From NCBI GenBank assembly GCA_903861205.1, contig CAIOTC010000020.1, forward strand, positions 133,273-197,272: DNA of 64,000 nt, in the 5' to 3' direction. A program made the translations under genes and the position numbers. The notes below the pieces were generated by a model. That model did not search any database and had not been told where the DNA came from. It saw nothing but the letters and a program-made list of their open reading frames with translations. Positions 55,958-64,000 of the stretch are shown piece after piece. Source of the stretch: an uncultured bacterium. GTDB taxonomy: Bacteria > Patescibacteriota > Minisyncoccia > Phycocordibacterales > DATDWN01. Each line of letters begins with the position of its first letter. Position 1 is the stretch's first letter.

Positions 55958-57310
55958 TTACTTATCTAATATTTCCACCGCTTTTTCCATCTGCGTATCT
56001 TCCCCTTTCAAAAACTTTGCCTCGTCCAACTTGACCACCACGTCCGGCGTCAAACCTTGGTGTGAAATCGAAATGCCGTTCGGTGTCAGCCATTTAGCGA
56101 TGGTTACTTTGAGTGATGTGTTGTCGGTGATCGACACCAATTCCTGGACCGAACCTTTGCCGAACGATTGCTCGCCGACTAAAGTGGCCACGCCATTGTC
56201 ATGCAAAGCGCCAGCCAAAATTTCCGAAGCGCTGGCCGATCCACCGTCGATGAGCACTACCAATTTGAGTTGGTCGCTGAAAATGTTGTAACCTTTGCTG
56301 CGATAAACGGTGTTGTCGGTGTTGTTGCGGAAGTCCTCGCTGACAACCGTCTTGCCCGCCGGCAAAAACCAGCTGGCCATATCGATCGCCGCTTCCAAAT
56401 ATCCGCCGGGGTTGCCACGCAAGTCGATAATCAGTTTTGATTTGCCCGACTCGACAAACGATCGCAAAGAGTTGCGAAAAAGATCAGGAGAAATAGCGTT
56501 GAAACTGTACAAATGAATAACATACACGTCGCCAGTGTTGTCCGGACTCTTTCCGGACGCGCCAGAGTTGCTTGACAGTGCGCCTTTGGTTTCGGTGTCG
56601 ATGGTTGGCAGGTCGATAACATCGCGAACGATGGAAATTTCAAACGGATCTGCCACACCGTCGCGAACGATGAGTAGTTTGACAGTCGTGCCTTTTGGAC
56701 CACGAATCAGTTTGATGGAATCTTCGGTGGAAAGTTTAGCTGTCGGCGTTTTGTCAACCTGAACCACTTTGTCGCCCGCTTTCACTCCGGCTTTTTGGGC
56801 CGGCGAACCTTTCAGCGGAGAAATGACGGTGAGGACGTTGTCGCGAATGCCGACTTCCATGCCAACACCCTCGAAGTTACCGCTGATTTCTTCATTGAAA
56901 TTTTTGTTTTCAACGGGCGGGAAAAAAGTTGTGTAAGGATCGCCCAGAGAATCCACCATGCCGGAAATCGCGCCCCAAACGCGGGCTTGATCATCCACGT
57001 TAGTTGTGGTCGTGCTGTTTGTTGGTACATATTTTTCGTTGATCGTCTGCCAAGCTTTCCAAAACGGCGCAAAGTCAACATTGGTCACGCCATTTGCGTC
57101 TTTGTCAGTTACATTCGCTACTTTCGCTTCGGCCGGTGTGTAATCGCGTCCCAGAAAAAAACCGGAGGAAAAAATGGCAAGCACCACAACCGCGCCAACA
57201 AAATATTTCGGCTGTTTCGCCAACCCCCAAACTTTCAACGCACCATTTTTAATTTTCGCTTTTATATTCTGCATTCCGTTCATTATCGCAAAGTTTAACG
57301 AAGTGGTCAA
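55958..57310 (-). CDS. ctpA: carboxyl-terminal processing protease (S41 family)
   Basis: PDZ (GVKAGDKVVQVD), DLRGNPGGYL, LIDGGSASASEI. Confidence 0.85.
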   Translation of the reverse strand: MTTSLNFAIMNGMQNIKAKIKNGALKVWGLAKQPKYFVGAVVVLAIFSSGFFLGRDYTPAEAKVANVTDKDANGVTNVDFAPFWKAWQTINEKYVPTNSTTTTNVDDQARVWGAISGMVDSLGDPYTTFFPPVENKNFNEEISGNFEGVGMEVGIRDNVLTVISPLKGSPAQKAGVKAGDKVVQVDKTPTAKLSTEDSIKLIRGPKGTTVKLLIVRDGVADPFEISIVRDVIDLPTIDTETKGALSSNSGASGKSPDNTGDVYVIHLYSFNAISPDLFRNSLRSFVESGKSKLIIDLRGNPGGYLEAAIDMASWFLPAGKTVVSEDFRNNTDNTVYRSKGYNIFSDQLKLVVLIDGGSASASEILAGALHDNGVATLVGEQSFGKGSVQELVSITDNTSLKVTIAKWLTPNGISISHQGLTPDVVVKLDEAKFLKGEDTQMEKAVEILDK

Positions 57311-57326
57311 ACTTTAACTTACAACA

Positions 57327-57444
57327 CAAAATCAGAAAGAATCACTTTTCCGTCGCCAGAATAATTTTCTGCTGAAAATTTTCTTCCTGCTCATGTCTTC
57401 ACGCATTCCGCAATGCGCCGGAAAAGTGATTCTTTCTGATTTTG
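57327..57444 (+). repeat. family-B element, copy 4
   Basis: Core about 95 % identical to copy 1; stem caaaatcagaaagaatcacttttccg/cggaaaagtgattctttctgattttg. Confidence 0.6.
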
Positions 57445-57568
57445 TTAGTGGTGATTTTGTATTCGTATTTCAAAGTTTAACCTTGAAAAAAGTTGTCACA
57501 GAAAAACCCGCTCACCGTAGTGGCAGGAATTCCTGTCGCTGGTGGGCGGGGGGTCATATAACGATGAG

Positions 57569-57796
57569 CTACTTATTACGATGTCGGCGTGGGAGGATGG
57601 TATACACAACCACGCGTACAATTTTTGGACCAGGACAACAACCCAAATCGAATTGATGACCTTCGCCATCGTTAATATACTTGTCCGCCAATGAATGAAT
57701 TGTGATGTTGCCCAATCCATTCACCTGGTCGTCCAAATATTCCAACGACTCGGTCAATCCGTTTGCTACCCCAACTTTAAAACTCTTTACTCTCAT
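57569..57796 (-). CDS. small hypothetical protein (75 aa) lying between two inverted family-B repeat copies
   Basis: GGTGGAGG SD 7 nt upstream of the ATG. Confidence 0.3.
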   Translation of the reverse strand: MRVKSFKVGVANGLTESLEYLDDQVNGLGNITIHSLADKYINDGEGHQFDLGCCPGPKIVRVVVYTILPRRHRNK

Positions 57797-57950
57797 GACT
57801 ACGCCTCCACCTATAATCATACACCATGTAGTGTAAAAAAGTCAACCCGCTTAAACAAATTCCAAAGGTCTGGCCTTTGGTGCCCAATTTCCCAAGGCCA
57901 GACCTTGGGTGCGAATCCGAAATCACCACTAAGCAAATTTTGTTGAGGAA

Positions 57951-58037
57951 ATTCATTTTGGGCGCATTGCGGAGCCCGTGAAGAGGCGAGCAGGAAGAAA
58001 TTTTTCAGCAGAAAAATATTCTGGCGACCAAAATGAG
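57951..58037 (-). repeat. family-B element, copy 5 (reverse orientation; inverted relative to copy 4, about 500 bp away)
   Basis: Reverse complement is identical to the copy-1 core over about 70 nt. Confidence 0.6.
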
Positions 58038-58107
58038 TTTCCTCGTAAGAAATTTGCGGTATCGAAGTAGTTTGCGGAAACGGTACGAGACAATATATAA
58101 TGTATTT

Positions 58108-59022
58108 ATGCTAAACACATACAAATACAACGGCGAAACGTGGGTTGATATTGACAACGGCACAGCGGAAGAAATCCGCGAAATCGTGGACCGCTACAAA
58201 ATCCACCCATTCGTGGCTCGCGAACTTTCGGCCGGCACACGCAAACCGCGCATCGAATTCCACAACAATTATATTTATTGCATTCTCCACTTCCCCGCCT
58301 GGAAACACAGCCATGGTAAGGAACAAAACCAGGAAGTCGACTTCATCATCGGCAAAAATTTACTCATCACCGCGCGATACGACACCATCGACGCCTTGCA
58401 CAAATTCAGCAAAACTTTGGAGGTCAAGGAAATTTTGGAAAAGGAAAATGCGGAGACGGGCAGTCACATTATTTTTGTGAACATGCTTCGCGAACTTTAC
58501 GCCGGACTTTTTGACGAGTTGGAATACATTGAGGATTTGACCGACGACATCACAGCGCAGATTTTTCACGGCAAGGAGCGCGATATGGTTGTTTCCATTT
58601 CCGAAGTCACTCGCACACTGCTCAACTTCAAACGCGTGACGGAACTCCACCGCGAAGTGCTCGAAGCTCTCCACCGCCACGGCGAAACGGTTTTCGGAAA
58701 TGATTTTGCGCGAGACATTGAATCAATCACCTTGGAATACATGAGGATCAATTCCGCCATCAGATCAAACTTGGAAGTTTTGCACGAACTGCGCGACACC
58801 AACGATTCGCTCCTTTCCACCAAGCAGAACGAGACGATAAAACAGCTAACCATTTTGGGCGCGGTCATTTTGCCGCTGACCATCATCAGCCAGCTTTTCG
58901 GAATGAGCATCAAAAATTTTCCGCTTCAGAACAACCCGAACGCTTTTTGGATTATTCTGGCGCTGATGTGTACGGTCGGGCTTATTACGGCGGTTTACGC
59001 GAGACATAAAAAGTGGATATGA
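58108..59022 (+). CDS. CorA-family divalent cation transporter (GMN motif variant GMS)
   Basis: C-terminal two TM helices with LFGMSIKNFP; annotated ORF start at 58033 overlaps a repeat. Confidence 0.7.
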   Translation: MLNTYKYNGETWVDIDNGTAEEIREIVDRYKIHPFVARELSAGTRKPRIEFHNNYIYCILHFPAWKHSHGKEQNQEVDFIIGKNLLITARYDTIDALHKFSKTLEVKEILEKENAETGSHIIFVNMLRELYAGLFDELEYIEDLTDDITAQIFHGKERDMVVSISEVTRTLLNFKRVTELHREVLEALHRHGETVFGNDFARDIESITLEYMRINSAIRSNLEVLHELRDTNDSLLSTKQNETIKQLTILGAVILPLTIISQLFGMSIKNFPLQNNPNAFWIILALMCTVGLITAVYARHKKWI

Positions 59023-59133
59023 TCGCTTCGCTCAAATTTTTAATTTAAAATTTAGAATTTAAATTGAATTTAAAATTTCTAAATTTTGAAATTGAAAATT
59101 AATTGCAAAATTTTAAATTCTAAATTTTAAATT
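59023..59133. repeat. AT-rich intergenic repeat, copy 6
   Basis: Between the CorA-like gene and cysS. Confidence 0.55.
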
Positions 59134-60564
59134 ATGTCTGAACTATATTTACACAACACCTTAACAGGAAAGAAAGATAAATTTACTCCCATCACCGATG
59201 GCTTCGTCGGCATTTATTCCTGCGGGCCGACGGTGTATTGGAACCAGCACATCGGGCACATGTACGCTTACGTTCAGTGGGATTGTTTGGTGCGTTCGCT
59301 GAATTACCTCGGTTACAAAACAAAATGGGTCATGAACTTGACCGATGTCGGACACCTGACCGGCGACAATCTCGGCGATGCCGACACCGGCGAAGACAAA
59401 ATGGAAAAAGGGGCCGAGCGAGAAGGCAAAACTGTTTGGGAAATTGCTGACAAATATATTGCGCAATTTAAAGAGAGTATGACGCTTCTCAACATCACCA
59501 CGCCTGATGTTTTGTGCCGTGCCACCGAACACATTCCCGAGCAGATCGAACTCATCAAAAAAATCGATAAAAACGGTTTTGCTTATCCGACCAAAACCGG
59601 ACTTGTTTTCGACACGCAAAAATTTCCCAGCTACGCTGATTTCGCTCATTTGAATCTGGAGGACCAGCACGCCGGCAGCCGCGTGGAAGTCGACGAAGAA
59701 AAGAAAAAGCCGTGGGATTTTTTGCTTTGGATTACCAACCAGCCGAATCACATTATGAAATGGGAATCGCCGTGGGGCGTCGGCTTTCCCGGCTGGCACA
59801 TCGAGTGCACGGCCATGTCGACCAAGTACCTCGGCGATACTTTTGATATTCACACCGGAGGCAAGGAACACATTCCAGTCCATCACACCAACGAAATCAC
59901 CCAAGCTTTTGGAGCGTTCGGACATGGAACGGCCAACTACTGGCTACACAACGAATGGATGAATATTGACGGACAAAAAATCAGCAAATCGCTCGGCAAT
60001 TCCATTTTGGTTTCGGATTTGATGGCGCGCGGATTCGATCCACTTTCCTTGCGATATTTAATAATGACCACGCACTACAAAACCGGCCTCAATTTCACTT
60101 GGGAAAGTTTGGAAGCGGCGCAGACAGCGTATTTCAAATTGCGCGATTTTGTTGCTGATTTGAAAGACGAAGTGGCAAGGGGCACCCTTGCCACAAATAC
60201 TGAAGTTTTTGAAAAAAATAAAAAAGATTTTTCGGAATGCCTCGCCGATGATTTAAACATCGCCAAAGGCATCGGGATTGTCTGGCAAATCGTCAAGTCA
60301 AAAGAAATCGACGACAAAACAAAACTGGATTTGATTTTAGATTTCGACAAAGTACTGGGACTTAAGCTAGACGAAGCAAGTTTACGACACTTAGTGTCGT
60401 ATAATGTAGAAATTCCAGCTGAGGTTGCCACACTCGTTTCCGCCCGCGACAACGCCCGCGCCGAAAAAGATTTTGCCAAAAGCGACGAGTTGCGCGCCAA
60501 AATCGAATCACTTGGATTTGAAGTAAAAGATACTCCGGAAGGAACAAGAGTTAAAAAAATATGA
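59134..60564 (+). CDS. cysS: cysteine--tRNA ligase
   Basis: [14 protein letters not shown] (HIGH), KISKSLGN (KMSKS), Zn-binding Cys. Confidence 0.93.
   Translation: MSELYLHNTLTGKKDKFTPITDGFVGIYSCGPTVYWNQHIGHMYAYVQWDCLVRSLNYLGYKTKWVMNLTDVGHLTGDNLGDADTGEDKMEKGAEREGKTVWEIADKYIAQFKESMTLLNITTPDVLCRATEHIPEQIELIKKIDKNGFAYPTKTGLVFDTQKFPSYADFAHLNLEDQHAGSRVEVDEEKKKPWDFLLWITNQPNHIMKWESPWGVGFPGWHIECTAMSTKYLGDTFDIHTGGKEHIPVHHTNEITQAFGAFGHGTANYWLHNEWMNIDGQKISKSLGNSILVSDLMARGFDPLSLRYLIMTTHYKTGLNFTWESLEAAQTAYFKLRDFVADLKDEVARGTLATNTEVFEKNKKDFSECLADDLNIAKGIGIVWQIVKSKEIDDKTKLDLILDFDKVLGLKLDEASLRHLVSYNVEIPAEVATLVSARDNARAEKDFAKSDELRAKIESLGFEVKDTPEGTRVKKI
60171..60194 (+). repeat. in-frame palindromic mini-insert inside cysS (encodes EVARGTLAT)
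   Basis: agtggcaaggggcacccttgccac. Confidence 0.75.
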
Positions 60565-60565
60565 C

Positions 60566-60934
60566 TCAGCGTTTGCTGAGTCTTTTTTTACCGCCGAACT
60601 TTTTATGTTCTCTGAATTCAATACAGCCCTTTGGTAGAACAGTAATCAATTCTCTTTTTACTTCACAATAAACGATCGGCAAAGGAACAACGATACCATT
60701 TCTGTTTGTATGATTAACCATAACACACGTTGGTATGCAGCCATCACGCTTGACGGCGCACATCGAGCCACAATGTTTTCTGTTTCTGGCAATAACGAAG
60801 TACCTCCCTTTTTCAATCCGACTGACTATTTTCCTGGCGTCTGATGGATCCAGAACTAGTCTGTGATGTTCCAGAGCTCTTTTGATAAAATGCTCCAAAT
60901 GCGTTTCCGGGAAATTCACTTGATTATCCGCCAT
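60566..60934 (-). CDS. hypothetical protein
   Basis: 122-aa ORF with several Cys and a basic C-terminus. Confidence 0.4.
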   Translation of the reverse strand: MADNQVNFPETHLEHFIKRALEHHRLVLDPSDARKIVSRIEKGRYFVIARNRKHCGSMCAVKRDGCIPTCVMVNHTNRNGIVVPLPIVYCEVKRELITVLPKGCIEFREHKKFGGKKRLSKR

Positions 60935-61037
60935 AAAACCTCCTTAATATAGGCTACGCTTTTCTCCCCAGCTTGTCCACCCATTTTGCACTTCTGTCTA
61001 GTGGCGCGGGAAAATCCGGGCGTGGTAGAATGCTTGC

Positions 61038-62429
61038 ATGGTTCAGACAATCAACTCGTTTCAAATGGGAAATCCACGACTGCGAATTCCGCCGCAAAAC
61101 CTCGAGGCAGAGATGGCTTTTCTCGGCTCGGTCATGTTGCGGCCCGAAGCGCTTTACGACGTGACCGATATCGTCTCGCCGGATTCTTTTTACTCCGACA
61201 AACATCGCATCATTTTCGAAACAATGATGGAACTTTTCAGCAAGCACGCACCGATCGACATGCTTTCCGTTTCAGCCAAGCTTTCCGAAAAAGGTTGGCT
61301 CGATCAAATCGGTGGCAACACTTATTTGACCGAGTTGGTTTCCGTCGTGCCATCATCCGCCAACATCGCCTATTACGCCCAGATCATTCAGAAAAAATAT
61401 ATGATGCGCCGGTTGATCGAAGCTTCCGATCATATCAACCAAATCGGCTACGATGAAAATCAGGAACTCGAGGAGTCACTGGACCAAGCCGAGAAAAAAC
61501 TTTTCGAGGTGACCAACTTTACCACCTCGCACAAATTTACTCCGCTCAAGGACGAACTTGACGAAGCCTGGGAACGCCTCGACAGATTGCACAACGACAC
61601 AGGCGGCATGCGCGGAATTTCCACCGGTTTTGCAGAACTGGACAACAAACTTTCCGGATTTCAGAAATCGGATTTGATTATTTTGGCGGCCAGACCTTCG
61701 ATGGGAAAAACTTCGTTGGCTCTCGATATCGCTCGCCAGAGCGCGGTCAACCACAACACTTCCGTCGGTATTTTTTCGCTCGAAATGAGTTCGCAGCAGC
61801 TCGTTGACCGCATGATGGCCGCACAAGCCAACGTTGACGCTTGGAAAATGCGCACAGGAAAACTTTCCATTCAAACGGACTTCGAACCGATCCGCGAAGC
61901 GATGAATAAACTCTCGGCCGCGCCGATTTATATCGACGACCAGCCGGGAAATAATATTTTGAAAATGCGCTCCATTGCCCGCCGTTTGAAAAGCGAAAAG
62001 AGTTTGGATTTGATCATTGTCGACTACCTTCAACTAATGGTTCCGCAAACCAAAAACGACAACGTCGTTCAGCAAATTACTGAGATTTCCCACTCGCTCA
62101 AAAATCTGGCGCGCGAGTTGAACATTCCGGTGCTGGCGCTTTCCCAACTTTCTCGAGCCGTCGAACAACGCGGCGGCCGTCCTCGTCTGTCCGACTTGCG
62201 CGACTCCGGATCCATCGAGCAAGATGCCGACATCGTCATGTTTATTCATCGCGAGGATAAATATAAAGAGGAAAGCGAAAAAACAAACATCGCCGAAATT
62301 TTGATCGAGAAGCACCGCAACGGCGAGACGGGTAAAGTGGATTTGTATTTCAACGACAAAAAGGCGACGTTTCAGAGTATGGATAAAAGTAAGTATGGCG
62401 GCGCGGAGAAGGAGTTTTCGGAGTTCTAG
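61038..62429 (+). CDS. dnaB: replicative DNA helicase DnaB
   Basis: LPPQNLEAEMAFLGSVM, GARPSMGKTSLALD Walker A, RecA-like motifs. Confidence 0.92.
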   Translation: MVQTINSFQMGNPRLRIPPQNLEAEMAFLGSVMLRPEALYDVTDIVSPDSFYSDKHRIIFETMMELFSKHAPIDMLSVSAKLSEKGWLDQIGGNTYLTELVSVVPSSANIAYYAQIIQKKYMMRRLIEASDHINQIGYDENQELEESLDQAEKKLFEVTNFTTSHKFTPLKDELDEAWERLDRLHNDTGGMRGISTGFAELDNKLSGFQKSDLIILAARPSMGKTSLALDIARQSAVNHNTSVGIFSLEMSSQQLVDRMMAAQANVDAWKMRTGKLSIQTDFEPIREAMNKLSAAPIYIDDQPGNNILKMRSIARRLKSEKSLDLIIVDYLQLMVPQTKNDNVVQQITEISHSLKNLARELNIPVLALSQLSRAVEQRGGRPRLSDLRDSGSIEQDADIVMFIHREDKYKEESEKTNIAEILIEKHRNGETGKVDLYFNDKKATFQSMDKSKYGGAEKEFSEF

Positions 62430-62431
62430 AC

Positions 62432-62597
62432 GGCACAAATTTTTGAAAAAGTATTTTATTTTTGTCGCCACTCGCTCTCTCCTGCGGAGAGCTCGTTCTC
62501 GTCCTCGGCCTGAACTTGTCAATGAGCCAGGCTCCAAAAGCCTGGTCGTTGACAAGTCCAAGCTTCAGGCCTGCGGATGCGCCAAAAATAAAATACT
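62432..62597 (-). repeat. family-A structured intergenic element, copy 3 (reverse orientation) between dnaB and recR
   Basis: Reverse complement matches copies 1 and 2; closing stem aagtattttatttttg/caaaaataaaatactt. Confidence 0.6.
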
Positions 62598-62642
62598 TTT
62601 TCAAAAATTTGCTTAGTGGTTAATTTTAACTATAATCATCTC

Positions 62643-63278
62643 ATGGACAGCACCGCCAAACTTATCGAACTATTCAAAGAATTTCCGGGGATTGGGCCGA
62701 GGCAGGCTAAACGGTTTGTTTATTTTTTGCTTACGAGACCGAATGGTTATGCCAGTGAGCTTTCAAAGCTGATTGGCGAGGTTAAGTCGCATGTAGTGTG
62801 TTGCGACACATGTTTTAGATTTTTTGCCAGAAATGGAAATCCGGTGACAACATGCCCTGTCTGCCGAGATGAAAAACGAGACGGAAAAACTTTGATGATT
62901 GTTTCGCACGATGTCGATTTTGAAAATATTGAAAAAACCGGAAGTTACAACGGCTACTATTTCATTCTCGGCGGAACAGTGCCGATCCTGGAAAAAAATC
63001 CGGAAAAAAGAATCCGTCAAAAAGATTTGCTGGAATTGATTGAAAAAAAAGTGGCAAGGGGCACCCTTGCCACTGAAGGACTTTCGGAAATTATTATTGC
63101 CTTGAATTACAATCCTGAAGGCGAAAATACTCTGACTTACCTTTCGCAAATTTTGCGACCACTGGCCGAAAAACACAACATCAAAATTTCCACCCTCGGC
63201 CGCGGACTTTCTACCGGCACCGAGTTGGAATACTCCGACTCCGACACCATCAAAAACGCCCTGAAAAACCGCCAATAA
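62643..63278 (+). CDS. recR: recombination protein RecR
   Basis: HhH (FPGIGPRQAKR), C4 zinc finger CDTC...CPVC, Toprim. Confidence 0.9.
   Translation: MDSTAKLIELFKEFPGIGPRQAKRFVYFLLTRPNGYASELSKLIGEVKSHVVCCDTCFRFFARNGNPVTTCPVCRDEKRDGKTLMIVSHDVDFENIEKTGSYNGYYFILGGTVPILEKNPEKRIRQKDLLELIEKKVARGTLATEGLSEIIIALNYNPEGENTLTYLSQILRPLAEKHNIKISTLGRGLSTGTELEYSDSDTIKNALKNRQ
63050..63073 (+). repeat. in-frame palindromic mini-insert inside recR (encodes KVARGTLAT)
   Basis: agtggcaaggggcacccttgccac. Confidence 0.75.
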
Positions 63279-63382
63279 AATCCGTCGCTAATAATAAGGC
63301 TCTTTTTCGTTGACACCCGGTGTCCAAAAACTGGGTTGTTTTTTGGGTGAAAATGTGTAATCTTATCTGCAGGAGGTTCTTT

Positions 63383-63598
63383 ATGGCACGACAATTGACC
63401 CCTTGGGAGATTGCGCGAAAAAAACAGCAGGACGATGAGCAGGAAAGATTACGGCAACAAAAAAGAAAGGAATTCGCCGAAAAATGGAAATCTCTTCCTC
63501 CTGAGGAACAAGCAGGAATTATATTCGATATCATGGAAGATGTTGGAAGAGCCAGAAGTAGCGCCGCACGAGCAAATCTATACCACATGAGATTTTAG
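63383..63598 (+). CDS. small hypothetical protein
   Basis: GGAGG SD upstream of MARQLTPWEI. Confidence 0.3.
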   Translation: MARQLTPWEIARKKQQDDEQERLRQQKRKEFAEKWKSLPPEEQAGIIFDIMEDVGRARSSAARANLYHMRF

Positions 63599-63646
63599 TA
63601 CCAAAATGCACTCCCCGCGGAGTGCAATTTTTTTACAAATTTGAGA

Positions 63647-63964
63647 TTATTTAATGCTCTCAATCGTTACTTTGAACCATGGTTGGCGATGACCATTCTT
63701 CTTGAAATAGCGGGATTTTTGTTTGTATTTGATGACCTCAACCGTCTTGTTTCGGCCGATTTCGGAGAGTGTTCCGGCCACTTTTGCGCCAGTGATGAAT
63801 GGAGTACCGATGGTTGTGTCTTTGCCGTCTTCCACGAGCAGAACCTGGTCGAAAGTTACCTTGTCGCCCACCTTCAAATCGCCCTTGATTTTCTCAATTT
63901 TAACCGTGTCCCCTTTTGAGACTTTGTATTGCTTGCCGCCTGTTGCTATTATTGCAAATTCCAT
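63647..63964 (-). CDS. rplU: 50S ribosomal protein L21
   Basis: MEFAIIATGGKQYKVSKGD... Confidence 0.9.
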   Translation of the reverse strand: MEFAIIATGGKQYKVSKGDTVKIEKIKGDLKVGDKVTFDQVLLVEDGKDTTIGTPFITGAKVAGTLSEIGRNKTVEVIKYKQKSRYFKKNGHRQPWFKVTIESIK

Positions 63965-64000
63965 AGTTTCTACATAGTAGCGAAAATCACAGGAAATTGC

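Noticed and set aside
58033-58107. Annotated start of the CorA-like ORF at 58033
   Set aside because: The first 25 codons overlap family-B repeat copy 5. The internal Met at 58108 gives a typical CorA N-terminus.
59161-59925. 254-aa minus-strand ORF and 61476..62033 minus-strand ORF
   Set aside because: Antisense to cysS and dnaB respectively.
62350-62616. ORFs 62350..62604(-) and 62395..62616(+) between dnaB and recR
   Set aside because: They lie entirely within family-A copy 3. The palindrome creates open frames on both strands.

Overview
This 64-kb window is low-GC (about 40 %), gene-dense chromosome from a small bacterial genome. Most genes are on the minus strand, native genes lack Shine-Dalgarno sequences, and many have a TATAAT-like -10 box only 5-8 nt upstream of the ATG, so they are probably leaderless. 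Two features fit a reduced, CPR/Patescibacteria-like genome, though that placement is an inference: a short AlaRS lacking the C-terminal domain, and the small size of several other proteins.

The conserved core comprises alaS, a family-4 UDG, mnmA, mltG, leuS, ychF, a Liv-type ABC importer (livJ-HMGF), plsC, a MacA/MacB-like efflux operon, rpmA, dinB, a TspO protein, rplI, an S41 protease, a CorA-like transporter, cysS, dnaB, recR and rplU.

Accessory and unusual content:
- An integrated mobile element at about 14.5-24.6 kb that starts with a large serine recombinase overlapping the ychF 5' end. It carries a Topo-VI-A/Spo11-like 'Mini-A' gene, an ArdC-N-like ssDNA-binding gene, Cys-rich small proteins, a repeated promoter motif (GGGACTTTAGTATAAT) and decaying genes (split pepE, P-loop fragment).
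- Two GC-richer cassettes with their own TTGACA-N16/17-GTGTATAATAGA promoters, Shine-Dalgarno sequences and intrinsic terminators (24.6-26.5 kb, and 29.75-30.73 kb inserted between livJ and livH). The first ends with two paralogous small-peptide genes.
- A 70 % GC foreign fragment at 42.3-43.0 kb carrying a homoserine-dehydrogenase remnant, followed by 55 % GC secreted and PEP-CTERM-tail genes. This may be HGT or an assembly chimera.
- A defense-like island at 45-50 kb: a DUF262(DGQQR)-HNH nuclease, an orphan NPPF adenine methyltransferase, and a Fic gene inserted into the nuclease gene's 5' end with about 35 nt of the host gene start duplicated.
- A perfect 23-24-nt palindrome inserted in-frame, encoding VARGTLA, in three unrelated housekeeping genes (leuS, cysS, recR).
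- Family A repeats: a CCGCAGG/GTCAACGACC element in 3 copies with compensatory stems.
- Family B repeats: a 66-nt conserved core in the loop of long variable stems in 5 copies, two of them inverted around a small gene.
- About 100-nt AT-rich intergenic repeats in 6 copies.
- A Nudix domain inserted inside LeuS.

No rRNA, tRNA or CRISPR array was found by eye.
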